DNA of 56,520 nt, filler included, from Catajapyx aquilonaris (Eukaryota), in NCBI GenBank assembly GCA_000934665.2. It is 4 parts of 4 records of this genome, joined end to end, with 100 filler letters (N's around TTAATTAATTAA, not from the genome) between each part and the next. Parts side by side here need not be neighbours in the genome. Positions count along the whole stretch, not along the records: positions 28,324 to 42,376 come from JYFJ02007903.1; positions 42,477 to 56,520 come from JYFJ02007904.1; 2 more parts are not named here. One strand, 5' to 3'. How positions within the stretch are numbered: position 1 is the first letter of the stretch; the number at the start of each line of letters is the position of its first letter. The position numbers were made by a program, and so were the translations under genes. This document shows positions 35,074 through 46,521 of the stretch, piece by piece. The notes under the pieces are model-generated. The model was not told where the DNA came from, searched no databases, and saw only the letters and a list, made by a program, of their open reading frames with translations.

Positions 35074-36267
35074 ATGGATGGAGTTCACTTCCCCCAAAGC
35101 AAGCCGTGGGTGAGTGCGGATGTGGTGGAGTTTGACAGGTATTTCTTCAAGTTTATGGAGGCGAGGGAAGAATTTAATGATGCTGAGAAGTATTACGGGG
35201 AGGCCATACCGGAATGGCTGAAGGACGAAGAGGGTAAGACGGTGACGAAGAAGTTGGTTGAGTACATGGATGTTGACCAGCTGCGACCCAACCCATACAT
35301 ACCCGTGCCTCGATACACCGTAGAGGAGATCAATGATTCTGCTGTGTTGATACAGAATAGCAACATTCCAACAGAAGGGAAGGCAGCAGAACTTAAAACT
35401 TTGCAACTGAGGAAGAGTCGGGACGATGAAGAAACCACCATGAATACGAGGTATCTTGGAGATCTACACTTAACGACTGTTGATTATGTTCTGGAATCAC
35501 AGCTTCTTGAAATGGAAAATAAGCCTCCTCTAAATGAATCTGAATTAATATTCAGCATATATGTGTATGAGCCTCTGCAGAAGTATGGGACTAGGTCGAG
35601 GACACCTTGCTTACTTTGCAAGCTGCATGTGCTGGGAAGTCAGACCTTGCGTGATGTGCAGACGGCAATCAAGTGTGCTCAAGACCTGGAAGTTACAGAG
35701 GACATGTCTGAGAATCCAAAGGGACCGATGGCAAAGACAGCCAGGGAGAAGGAAAACTCAGCATGCTTTTACATCAATGGTACGTTTTATGTGGATGAAC
35801 GCAGGGAAGCTGGAGTGAAGTGGCAGGATCTGAGTGCTCCATACATCAAGTGGGCTTCGAATCCCATGTTGGGTGTGGGGCCTTTTTCTAGAGCTTCTAT
35901 GGAAGGTGTCACATTGAGTAGCCTCAAGGTGCGACTGGGATATCCATATCTGTACATGCACCTAGACGTGTGTGAACATTTGCTGATTATGGCAGACGTA
36001 TGGCTACACAACCCTACAGTGCAACCTATTGCACATAGTGCAGCTTATCCCCTCACTGTGCGCAGACTAAACCAGTATTCATTGTATTGCATGATTTGTG
36101 AAAAAGTATTTGCCAGATGGATCACATGGGGAAACACCAGGCTTCCAGATGACCCATTTGTCTTTTGCAATACTTGCTTTTTTGCTTTTAATTATGATGC
36201 GGAAGGGAAGAAAGTAGGCAAGTTCACAGCTTTTCCATACTTTGACGTACATGCCCATACTTTCTAA
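35074..36267 (+). CDS. SNAPC3: snRNA-activating protein complex subunit 3 (SNAP50/PBP49); intronless CDS
   Basis: 397-aa ORF with VLGSQTLRDV, SACFYINGTFYVDER, LKVRLGYPYLYMHLDVCEHLL, CMIC...ARW, PDDPFVFCNTCFFAFNYDAEGKKVGKFTAFPY. Probable 5' UTR intron at about 35007-35063. Confidence 0.93.
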   Translation: MDGVHFPQSKPWVSADVVEFDRYFFKFMEAREEFNDAEKYYGEAIPEWLKDEEGKTVTKKLVEYMDVDQLRPNPYIPVPRYTVEEINDSAVLIQNSNIPTEGKAAELKTLQLRKSRDDEETTMNTRYLGDLHLTTVDYVLESQLLEMENKPPLNESELIFSIYVYEPLQKYGTRSRTPCLLCKLHVLGSQTLRDVQTAIKCAQDLEVTEDMSENPKGPMAKTAREKENSACFYINGTFYVDERREAGVKWQDLSAPYIKWASNPMLGVGPFSRASMEGVTLSSLKVRLGYPYLYMHLDVCEHLLIMADVWLHNPTVQPIAHSAAYPLTVRRLNQYSLYCMICEKVFARWITWGNTRLPDDPFVFCNTCFFAFNYDAEGKKVGKFTAFPYFDVHAHTF

Positions 36268-36919
36268 TCAAGTGTTGTGTCAAGCAAGGCAAGCATAAGG
36301 GTAACGTCACATGCTCTGATCAAAATGTTATCCTTCTACAATCACACTTTTTTGATTCATGTTTCCAGGTTCTGCGACATTTTCAATGACGTAATGCTGA
36401 TTGGGGAATTACACCTTTTAAAATTAATGATTGTCACCTTAAAATCTGAAATGTACAGTGGGCCCTCCTCATTTGCAGGTGTTGTATCTCAGAATCCACC
36501 AACCACGGATCGTAAATATTCAGGGGGGAAAAATGGCTTTCCGAGAAGCAAGCCTTGACTTGGCCATACAAGCACAATACAGTATAACAACTATTTACAT
36601 AGCATTAGGTATTATAAGTGATCTCGAGAAGATTTCAAGTATATAATTATGAATACACTACACCATGTACTTAAGCATCAGCAGATTTTCATGGAAAATC
36701 CTTGAACCAATTCCCTATGGATATGGAGGGCCAATTGTACCGAAACACAGCTTGAATCAATAAAGAGTGTGTTACGTTAGAACCTGCTGCCATTTCCTAA
36801 GTTTTAATGGCATATTTTTCCCCCCAAAGGTGGCATTTTGGTGGTGTAGTGCTGAAGTACAATACAACTTCCATCATTGTAAGTATCACTAACTTTCAGG
36901 CATGTGCCGCTTTTCATTA

Positions 36920-39439
36920 TCATTTACGTTGCACATCAGGAGGTTGCACAGGATGTTTGGTAGCCTTGTACTTAGCCATCAATTGAGCCAGGTTGGTGAT
37001 GGCAAGGGACAGTTTCTCAGCTGAGGCTGCCTGCCTCTCTGAAGCCACAGTCACCCTTGTAACAGCTACAATGTCTCTCTCTAACAACTTAGTCTTCCCT
37101 TCCATTAGCTCAGTCTGATTCCTTGATTCAGTGACAAGCAATTCCACATGATGACTCAGCTGATTCCCTCCATTATTCACAGGATTTGAAACTGAGCCTG
37201 CATCAGGCTCGTCACTCGTTGATACCACTGCAGGCGATGTTGGATCTGCATCACTTGGAACATCACTCGTTGATATCACTGCAGGTGATGTTGGATCTGC
37301 ATCACTTGGAACATCATCTTGAGTCCATGTGACATCTTCACGCGATGTACCACAAGTTGAGAGTGCGGGAGTCTCTTGAGCCACACCTGCAATATTGCAC
37401 GTGCCATCAAAATAATGCACTTTTAAATACAAAACAAATGAACTAACTGGGACATTCATGCACCAAATATACTGTATGTTGCCTTACTTGCAGTATCACT
37501 TGTTGACTTCTTTTGCTCATTGATCACAACTGGAGTCCTATTGGAAGTTGCTCTTGGTACGGCACTACTTGGCAGTTCAGTTTGAACATTGTCCAAAACT
37601 GGGGTTGGATTAGCTGTTGTTTCTGGTGAAACATTATTTGTCAGCTTTTTTTTCAGCTTGTCCACAATCATTGATGACCAACGCCGTTGCATCATCACTT
37701 GAGCATTTCTCTGCTTCTGCTGCACCTTGTCCACAATTGATGCTGAATTGGGTTGCATCATCACTTGAGGAGTATTAGCCTTCTTCTGTTGCACCTTGTC
37801 CACAGTAACAGCCTTCTTCCGTTGCACCTTGTCCACCGTAACAGCCTTCTTCCGTTGCACCTTGTCCACCGTAACAGCCTTCTTCCGTTGCACCTTGTCC
37901 AGAGTAACAGCCTTCTTCCGTTGCACCTTGTCCACAGTAACAGCCTTCTTCTGTGGGATCTTGTACACAGTAATAGTCTTCTTCCGTTGCACGTTGTCCA
38001 TAACTGATGCCGAATGATTTTGTGTCACCATTTCAGCAGTACTGGTATTTGCCTGTTTCTGTTGCACGTGGTCCACAACTGAGGCGAAATTCCTGGGGAC
38101 ATGATAAAGTACTTATTGTATATATTTTGTCATATAATTATCCCTTACTGCCACATTAAAAGCAAAATGTGGGACGGTAACAAAATAACCAATTTCCATC
38201 TAGACATATTGCAGTAAGAATTTGGAAGAAAAGTTGGCTTCCACCCTCATTAGAGGACGTTCCTGCATCAAGAAATCAAGCCCTTTGCCCTTCTGTACCG
38301 GGCAAGGAAGATCATGGAAAAGAGAAGCAAATGCTCAATGTGTGATGTCATTCCACCTTTCATTGTCAGGGAGCCAAAATGATTCTGGTGTTGCTATGAA
38401 ATTTCTACTGATACATCACGATGGATAACTTGAATCTCTACGACTCCTATTAGAACCAGTAGTATCAACGGTAACTCACTGAAAACTACGTTCCTCTTGA
38501 GGATGGACTTCATTAGTTTTCCTTTGTTTGGATATTACTATATAGGTAATTCCGCTGCCATTGCCTTGCTGGGCCTGACTCTCTTCCCCATGAACCCTTT
38601 TCACTGGAGAACGGCTGGAAATGTCGGTAGTTCCTCCTCCTTTTCGTTGAGCGTTATGCACTAAATGATCTATGCAAATCTTGATTGGTGGTGCAGCAGG
38701 AGGTTCAGAAGGTTTTGGCTCTGACCTCTGTAAAAAATGCGACACAGTAAGTGGCAACAATGAACTATTATAACTAGTAGTGGCCGTTCATGGCTATGTT
38801 TGTTAATGATTCAACTTGGTGAATCATAGTTTATAATTAATTACAGCCACACTAATGAAATGATATTAATGTTTTCAATTTATATAGGTTACATGTACTG
38901 GCTCATTATTTTTAATAGCTTTTACGTAATGAAAAATTCACTTTTACTATTTTTAAAGAGTTCCACACCATAACCGTTCCAGTGAGGTTTTTTTCTCCAC
39001 ATAATACTCGTATGTCATGAGAAGTCTCAATCCTCTGAGCCCTAAGATGTGAGGCCCTGTATTCTCATTTACTTTGCAGTTTGAAGAGGGGTAGTAAACT
39101 TACTTGATTAAGTGCAAGTGGATCAGGAGCAGGGACGCAGAAATTTGGTGTCGCCAGCATTTCTTCTTTTTCAACCTTCTCTTGCACTTCCTCACTGCAA
39201 CTAGCATCAGAAGAGGCCACATTCAGTGGCACAGCAATGGCCGGATAATTAGAGCTGATCACATCTTCACTAATGTGTTCCTCTTCTTTTTCAATCTTCA
39301 TCTGAACTTCCTCACTAGCTCCAGAAGAAGCCTCATTCAGTGGCACGCCGATCACCGGGTGATACCTGCTGGTCTCATCTTCGCTTATGTATTCCTCTCC
39401 TTCTTCCTTCACTTCTATTTTCAATTCTTCCATATCCAT
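36920..39439 (-). CDS. Uncharacterised protein B, 551 aa: acidic KIEVKEE/DPLAL N-terminus, 11-aa VDKVQRKKAVT repeats, C-terminal coiled coil
   Basis: Exons 39104-39439, 38480-38727, 37488-38092 and 36920-37386. Phases 0, 2 and 1 are all compatible, for 1656 nt in total. Confidence 0.75.
37775..38000 (-). repeat. 33-bp coding minisatellite, about 7 units
   Basis: Plus-strand unit GCCTTCTTCCGTTGCACCTTGTCCACCGTAACA, repeated. Confidence 0.9.
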
Positions 39440-39839
39440 GCCTCTTCAAAAAAATCTTCTTCTTCTTCCAAATAAACAAAAACGGACATATTATGCACCA
39501 CCATTTTAATAGCATTAAAATAATTTCCTTTTCCCATTTTGCCAAATTTTCAACTTATTGCTGGTGGAATTTTCAGAGGCAGAAATAACTACATGTAAAT
39601 GGCAGGTGCAGCAAAACTGATACACTCTTGTCCAAGATTGAACTCTTGCTTCGTCCTGGAAGAGGATTTTCAATCTATTTCTGAGCATGTGTCACTATTG
39701 GGCTGGGCTTCACAGAGAAACTGATGGTAATGGGTTGTTTCTTATGATCCGGCTGAGAGCCTAGACATTTTCTATTCAAATGACACATATCAGGCCAGAG
39801 GACACTACCTGACTGCTTTTGGTGTGGGTTCAATCAATA

Positions 39840-40909
39840 CAGTGAAACCTGCCCATTACGGACCCTGGGTATAGCGGAAACCTATCCATTGCAGAATGTT
39901 TTCCGGGAACAGGCATACATGCAGGGCATGAAATGTATTTTTTGACAGATATAAAGGAACCTGCCCAACACAGAAACAGAAGGGATTTTTGTTTCCCTTC
40001 AAAGAAAGTCCCTCTTCATAACGGAAATCAAAAGGATCACATTATCTCCTGCGAGTCACAATAATAGAAACTACAGCTGGGTTCACTCCCGATCCTCCCA
40101 GGAGGCATCTCAGTAACCCTTTTCGGACCGTCCTTTAACCATACTGTGTCTCCTAATTGCTGGAATTGCTATTGGCCAGTGGCCTTGAAGATATTCCAGA
40201 GAAAAGGGGACTATTTTTGGTTGGAAAACGGAGATGACGCTTGTTGGGGGGGCCAAGAAGATTCATGATTCTTAGATGCCCTGCCTTGAAGTTCACTGTT
40301 CAGTCCAATTTTAAAATGTCGGGGAAAAGGAAGGGGTTGACAAAGGCTCAAAGTATTGCTCGTGTCCGGACAGACGGTCCGAAAGAGCAGGCAGAATTAA
40401 CAGCCCAAATTCTTGGTATGGCAAAACTTTTTTTTTTTTTTACGTTACCCCGTGCTAGGGCCATGGGCCCTTATAGGGGGGTGGAATACCACCATCTCCT
40501 TCAATTTTCTAATTTTTCTCCCAACTCCGGTGCAAGGATGAAAGGACATGGGGAAAGGATAGGGATTTTTGGGGAGGGAACATGAGTGCAAGGTGCACGT
40601 CTGAATAATGGGCCATGTGCTGTTCCCCAGGAGGTTAGGTAAAACTTAGTATTTCAAATGGGTGGCTGGAAAGTTTCCGCAACAGGCGCAGAATTTCGCG
40701 GAAAAAAGTGTGTGGTGTGTGTGTGTGTGGTGAACTGATTTTACACCATATTGAAGGTAAGGTGCTTATTTTTTCTCTCCCCATTTTCCTCTCTTTATCA
40801 CTGGCAAAAAAACTTATTAATGTCCTTGATCTGAATATAGCGGAAGCCTGTCCATTACGGAAACCTTTTAGGGTCCCGTGCCATTCCGTAATATACACAG
40901 GCTTCACTG
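39840..40909. mobile_element. pogo/Tigger-type non-autonomous element with a nested truncated SINE
   Basis: TA|CAGTGAAACCTG ... CAGGCTTCACTG|CA with repeated GGAAACCT.TCCATTACGGA subterminal motifs. Confidence 0.7.
40428..40640 (-). mobile_element. 5'-truncated SINE, family C
   Basis: Aligns by eye to 14805-15010 (TTTACGTTACCCCGTG...GGAATACCACCAT...TGTGCTGTTCCCCAGGAGGTTAGGT). Confidence 0.85.
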
Positions 40910-41160
40910 CATCATTTGTGCAGAAAAAAATACGACATAGATGATCATAATCCTAATAAGCCCACTGGAATGAGTTGACACCCCGAGTGCGTAACAAGAA
41001 ATTATTGTTCATCAACTGTGACCCAAACTGCCACAACCTTGGGGATAAACTCACGATGCTGCCATTGAACACAATTTGTATATCAGTTGCAAGAAGCCAA
41101 CATATTTTTGCTCACTTTTTCCAAATGTCGATAAATATTGCAACAGTATATGTCTTGTTA

Positions 41161-41337
41161 AGCTGCGTTTACATGTGAGCGATTTGACATGCGAAGTCTT
41201 CGCTGAGTTATAATATCGCTGAGTAACACGAGTAACCAATATTGAAAGTAACAGTCGACTGGTTACTTGGGTTACTCTGCGATGTTATTGCTCGGTGAAG
41301 ACTTCGCTGGTCAAATCGCTCATATGTACACGCGGCT
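41161..41337. mobile_element. Palindromic PIF/Harbinger-type MITE
   Basis: TTA|AGCTGCGTTTACA ... TGTACACGCGGCT|TTA with imperfect arms of about 75 bp. Confidence 0.8.
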
Positions 41338-42376
41338 TTAAGGATACTATTTGCAACAGAATTACACTTACTCCGGTCACTACAATCACACGTCAGTACA
41401 CTACAATTGAAGTGGACAGAAGAAAGTTCTGGTGCGGTTCTAAAATCACGTGCAGAGAGGCCTGAGGTCGGACCCGATTCTTCCTGTCAATATGTCCATG
41501 ACATCTGAAAAAAGAGCACTTCAATTACCATACTGATCTTCACCATTACCAATAAGACTCATAAGCTGACACCAAACTACTCTTGATGGACTGTATATAC
41601 ATGCGATTGTTGTGCATGCATGGTGGTCCACTACATAATGAATCATGTCCTATTCATAAAATGCAGTGGACAAAAAACTATGAATCTGTTTGGACTGGTT
41701 TGTACTCAAGTTTCCAGCTGCACCAACTGGATCCAACATGATCATCTTCGGCCTATTTGTTTCACACCCATACAAACCCAACGCAGGACCTTCTCTGCGG
41801 GAACACACTGCATACCAATGGACACGGAACGACCGAGGCAGACCTGTTGTGACCACCGGAGATGACCAGGAAACCTTCAGGAAAAACCACTACCACACTT
41901 AAAAAGTGATCAACAGGAGCGGGTAACAGCGCCTCTCGCCAGTCCAGCGGGAATGATTGGCGACAGATCAAAAATGGCATTGCTGTGTGGAACGGGTTAA
42001 AATTCAATTAAATTCGTGGTTTAAATGGTTCCCAGTACAAATTATACAGTTAGGAATCGCCTCGGTGAGTTGGCTGAATTCTTCTGGCCTAACTTTATGG
42101 GCAATTGCCCTTGTGTCTTTGCAGATTTTGTACAGCTCACATTAGGCAGCAGCTGATGGCCATGTATGCCCACTTTTGTTGAAGCTTTAACTTATTCAGT
42201 GGGACCATCCTGGGGATCATCATCAGTCATTCAAAGAGCTAATAACGGATATTAGCTCTTGGTGATTGGCGTTAGGTCAACAACAACAACAACAACAACA
42301 TCACGACATTTCCCTATGAGGGGTAGTCAGCGATGAAGGGAGACGCAAGCTAACCCAATATATGAACTAATAAAAC

Positions 42377-42476
42377 NNNNNNNNNNNNNNNNNNNNNNNN
42401 NNNNNNNNNNNNNNNNNNNNTTAATTAATTAANNNNNNNNNNNNNNNNNNNNNNNNNNNNNNNNNNNNNNNNNNNN
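42377..42476. other. Artificial contig linker
   Basis: N44-TTAATTAATTAA-N44. Confidence 0.97.
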
Positions 42477-43287
42477 AGAATAATGAGGATAATTGATATT
42501 GATTCAGGTGTGTCCATATTCATATGTGGCTACGGCGACAAGGTGACTGTCACGGTCCACGGGGACAGAGGAGTGACCAGTGGACGACGGAATTTGAAGG
42601 CCATTGGTGAAGTGTTTCTGAAACATGTGGAGACATTTGCGGATATGTTGGGGGTATGGCAATGCAGCATTTAATAATGGTGGTGATGGCTGATGGTGAA
42701 CAATATGAATATTTGAGGCCTAATATTACTGTAGGTTAATAATAGAAATTTATGCAAGTATATTTGCTCAACCCTTTCAAAATATTATGCTAATTTCTTT
42801 TCACAGGCACTGTATTATTTTCTGGATATAAGTAAAATCCTCATACTTAAGAACTGCAGTACTGTACAGAGTACAAACAGTACATGCGGTACTGTACTCC
42901 TCAATATTAATAGTTTCTTCAATAAGCAAGGACGTCCAGTGCTATTTGCTATATCAAGGTCAGGCAATATCTGAAACGTAATAGGTATAGGCCTAGATGC
43001 GTGAAATCATGCCCTAATCATGTCTACGTATATCTAAACAGAATCGGTCGTACATCGATCGTACAGTACAGTACTATAATTATCAGCATTATTCAATCGT
43101 ATGATTTTATTTTCTTCGAACATTATAACTGCAATTCATACAGCAAGGAGATAATTATTAACATATTATTTTCTATCTGCAGCTTTCAGACACTTTATTT
43201 CGAGAAGACCACTTGTAAAACTGAAGTTTCATTCTTGATAATCATAAGATTTGCGAAAACATTTCCGTGAAAAGAGTGGCACTGCTG

Positions 43288-45168
43288 CTAGTAAAGTATT
43301 TCCTTCATAAAGGCTGCAATTGCAAGGGACAACCCAATGGACAGGACAATAAAATGACCCTGCAACCTGTCGAGTGAAAACACCACCCTTTCTTCGTCAA
43401 CATCAACAATTTGGTCCCTTCTCCTTGCCTCTGCAGCATCCAACAATCTTCTGTGCTCCAGGAGCCTCGCACTCTTCTCGATCAATCCGATGCTGTTGAA
43501 GATTTGCGACCAGTAGTTCCAGTTCTCTGAATAAACCATTCCTTTTGGAAGTATAATTGCGTCATACACAACAGCTGCGTAATCGTGGGATACGAAAGCA
43601 ATGTCCTGGCCATACACATCCAAACCATTCAACGACTTCTTTAACCACCTCGACACGTCCATGCAGACTTTGTCTTCAATGATCAAGTCCCGGTAACATT
43701 CATCCCAGTCTGTTACAGGTTCTATTCGGTCACATATACTTCTGAAAGGGTCGTTCTCATCGAAGTCAACACTTCCCTGAAACAACACGTAAGTCTCTTC
43801 TGGCATTTTTATACTAAAATTAGAATGCATCAATTTCTCAAAGGTGTCGGGGACATCCTCTCTCGGGGGGAAAGTCAGAAGATCATACAGTTTGGACAGA
43901 TAGGCTGTGGTTATGACTATGGAAAAATAGATCCAGAACATTGCCAAAACCTTCGATGCATGACCATCAGGTAACGCAGCCTCCTGTTCTAAAGCTAATT
44001 TTACGAGGTAGTTCAAGTACGAACTAAACGATTTAAAATAACTGGCCTTGTTCTGAAACGACTTCTTCGGATGTAGTTTAGAAAGCACTACTAAGGTGAC
44101 ACTTGAAATTAACAATGATGAAGCAACCAAACACCACGTGCCGAGAGTGAAGGGCAAAACTACAATAAAAGCATTTTTCATTTCTAGTGGAGTTCTAACC
44201 AGGAATGTTACCTTGTTAGACGAAAAAGGAGCTATTAACTCGCCAACCGCATTTGTAAACTCTATTACTGGGACTGGTGTGAAGAAATGTAATCTTCCTC
44301 GTATTATATCGTCCACAAGCTGACCTATCGCGGACATGTTGCTAAGCACTGAGGAGAGACTGACCCGAGAGACGTTCCAAGTGAAGTTGAGTGCACTTCC
44401 CAAGAAGCACAACTGAATGTTCCTGGATGTTTCATTGCACTCCAAATGACTCTCGTGAAATGAGTTGAGAGATTTCAGAAATTTCCCGTGAAAGTCGTTG
44501 GCCGTGTCCTTAAACATTTGTCCATCGACAAGTTCCTCGTACTGTACCATCGTCGACTGTACAGTTGGGTTTCCTTCGTTGCAGAAATAGCAGACGGAAT
44601 GGACCAGCAAAGAACTGTTTTGAACCGACGTGAGCATCACTTTGTACTTGATTTTGGACAATGGCTGCTCCAGAAGGACATTGATGTCCATGTCATCCCT
44701 CATCCACAACACAAATTTGTCCATAGTATTTTTCACCACCAGGATGGCTTCTTGTTCCTCCAAGATCTCCTCCAGGAAATCTTCGTAGTTGGACGAACAT
44801 GCCACTACCAGATGCAATGCACACTTGGCCATCTTCTCCTTTGGGTCCAGTTCTAAACCGGTCTGGGATGTTGACTCCTCAGGATCGCAGGTCCAAGTGC
44901 TGCTGGCCGAGTTGGACTTGGACAGAAGCACAGGTCGTCCAAGAAGAGACATGTTTGTCAACAGAGTCTCGAGAGATTCAGGCAGAGCACCTGCAACATC
45001 ATGATGCACAACCAGAGGACACTCCACTAGTTCATCCTCCTTCAGAAGGTTCCACATTAACTGCGTCTGTTCCCTCCCATCTTCACTGCCCTTCAAGTGA
45101 ATCGGTATGATACCTGACACCATTGCTAGTAACAATGCTGGTATGTACCATGTGAAAGTGATCGGCAT
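43288..45168 (-). CDS. Divergent ionotropic receptor (chemosensory IR), copy 1, intronless, 626 aa
   Basis: Signal peptide; DFHGK; VVLPFTLGTW plus M1; FWIYFSIVITTAYLSKLYDLLTFP (M3); PDTFEKL; SIGLIEK; FSLDRLQGHFIVLSIGL (M4). The first ATG follows a TTTGCAG acceptor; the ORF-track start is a TTG. Confidence 0.9.
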   Translation of the reverse strand: MPITFTWYIPALLLAMVSGIIPIHLKGSEDGREQTQLMWNLLKEDELVECPLVVHHDVAGALPESLETLLTNMSLLGRPVLLSKSNSASSTWTCDPEESTSQTGLELDPKEKMAKCALHLVVACSSNYEDFLEEILEEQEAILVVKNTMDKFVLWMRDDMDINVLLEQPLSKIKYKVMLTSVQNSSLLVHSVCYFCNEGNPTVQSTMVQYEELVDGQMFKDTANDFHGKFLKSLNSFHESHLECNETSRNIQLCFLGSALNFTWNVSRVSLSSVLSNMSAIGQLVDDIIRGRLHFFTPVPVIEFTNAVGELIAPFSSNKVTFLVRTPLEMKNAFIVVLPFTLGTWCLVASSLLISSVTLVVLSKLHPKKSFQNKASYFKSFSSYLNYLVKLALEQEAALPDGHASKVLAMFWIYFSIVITTAYLSKLYDLLTFPPREDVPDTFEKLMHSNFSIKMPEETYVLFQGSVDFDENDPFRSICDRIEPVTDWDECYRDLIIEDKVCMDVSRWLKKSLNGLDVYGQDIAFVSHDYAAVVYDAIILPKGMVYSENWNYWSQIFNSIGLIEKSARLLEHRRLLDAAEARRRDQIVDVDEERVVFSLDRLQGHFIVLSIGLSLAIAAFMKEILY

Positions 45169-46521
45169 TTTTATCTGCAAATGATGCGACTGTTGCGGCT
45201 ATCTCGGTGGCTACACCTTTGGATATACACAGACTTTCGAAGCACGTTGTAAAATTATCGTCCTCAAGAGACTGGACATTAAGATATGACAGTTTACCCT
45301 GCGAGCAGCCGTGCTCAACTCTGCGACGTGGAACAAGAAGTTGGCATTTTCCACCTTCACTCGCCTACAATGTTCACCAGTAAGGAACATTTCCTTTCCT
45401 CGTACGCTCAATACCTCCTTTTGTCTAGCCCTTCAAAGGTGTTGCTTTGTCATTATTTATCCATACTACAAAATAGCCTACTCATATAGCATAGCCTTCG
45501 ACTAACGGAATATAGAGGATCGAACTATTAGTATAAAGATGTATGTGTCTGATATATAAATTTTTAGCTTAATTAATGAATCTAATTTTTTTAAATAAAC
45601 ATTTTGAGTCAGCAATTAACCTTTTTTGCTTGAAAATTTTAGCCTGTGTTCAGTAACAACCTTAGCAATCAAATTATGCTACTCAAACACTTCCAGTGCC
45701 ATTTGACCGTCTTATAATTATGTTAATTTTGTGATATTGACCCTAATAACATAGTTATCTCTGTCCAAGATTGCCACTGAAATATTATTTTGACAGTTAT
45801 ATTTCACTGGCTGACTAACAGAATACCCGCTATTCCCATAGGAATTACATAATGGATTCCGTTGCCATGGAGACCCGTTGTCATGGTCATTAGAAGCTAT
45901 AAAACTAATACAATTAAAATTAAAATGGATCACAAAAATGATCCCATTGCTATGGGTAACTTCGTTGCCATGGAGACCCACGGGGGCAGGGGAGCGGTGG
46001 GTGGCTAGAACGGGACAAACAAACGAACGAACTTTGCCCGATATAAATGGCGAATGAGGCAAGTTATCTGTCAATCGTTACATGCTCTGAGGTGTGACCT
46101 TTTTCTCCACCGTATTTATGCATGCTCTATGATCATTCCAGTGCTATTTGACCTTTATATATTATTTATTCCCCTCTGTTGTGAAGGAATCAATGTCAGA
46201 CCAATGAGACAATCTGAAGCGTAACAGTTATAGAGGCGAATATCTAAACAGAGTCGTTAATAAGGCTTATACTTTGTACAGTGTATAGGCTGGTTCCATA
46301 TCAATTCAGACGGAGGGTGGAAGTCGTGGTTTTCGATTTTGTTGCAAAAAATACATATGAACCGCATTTCTAACTGTAGTCCCAGAGTACAATCAATGTT
46401 TTTTTAATCAAATTTATTTGCCGAGAAAAGAAATCCTGTTGTTCGGAGCCAAAAATTGTTAATTCGGAATTTTTGCCCCACTCACAATCAGTCTGGTTTG
46501 AAAGCTAATGTATAAAAAACC

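Noticed and set aside
34822..35406. 194-aa ORF antisense to SNAPC3
   Set aside because: Shadow frame of a real CDS, with no recognisable motifs.
41620..42145. Several short ORFs upstream of gene B
   Set aside because: No domain recognised and no consistent splice model; possibly 5' UTR or promoter sequence.
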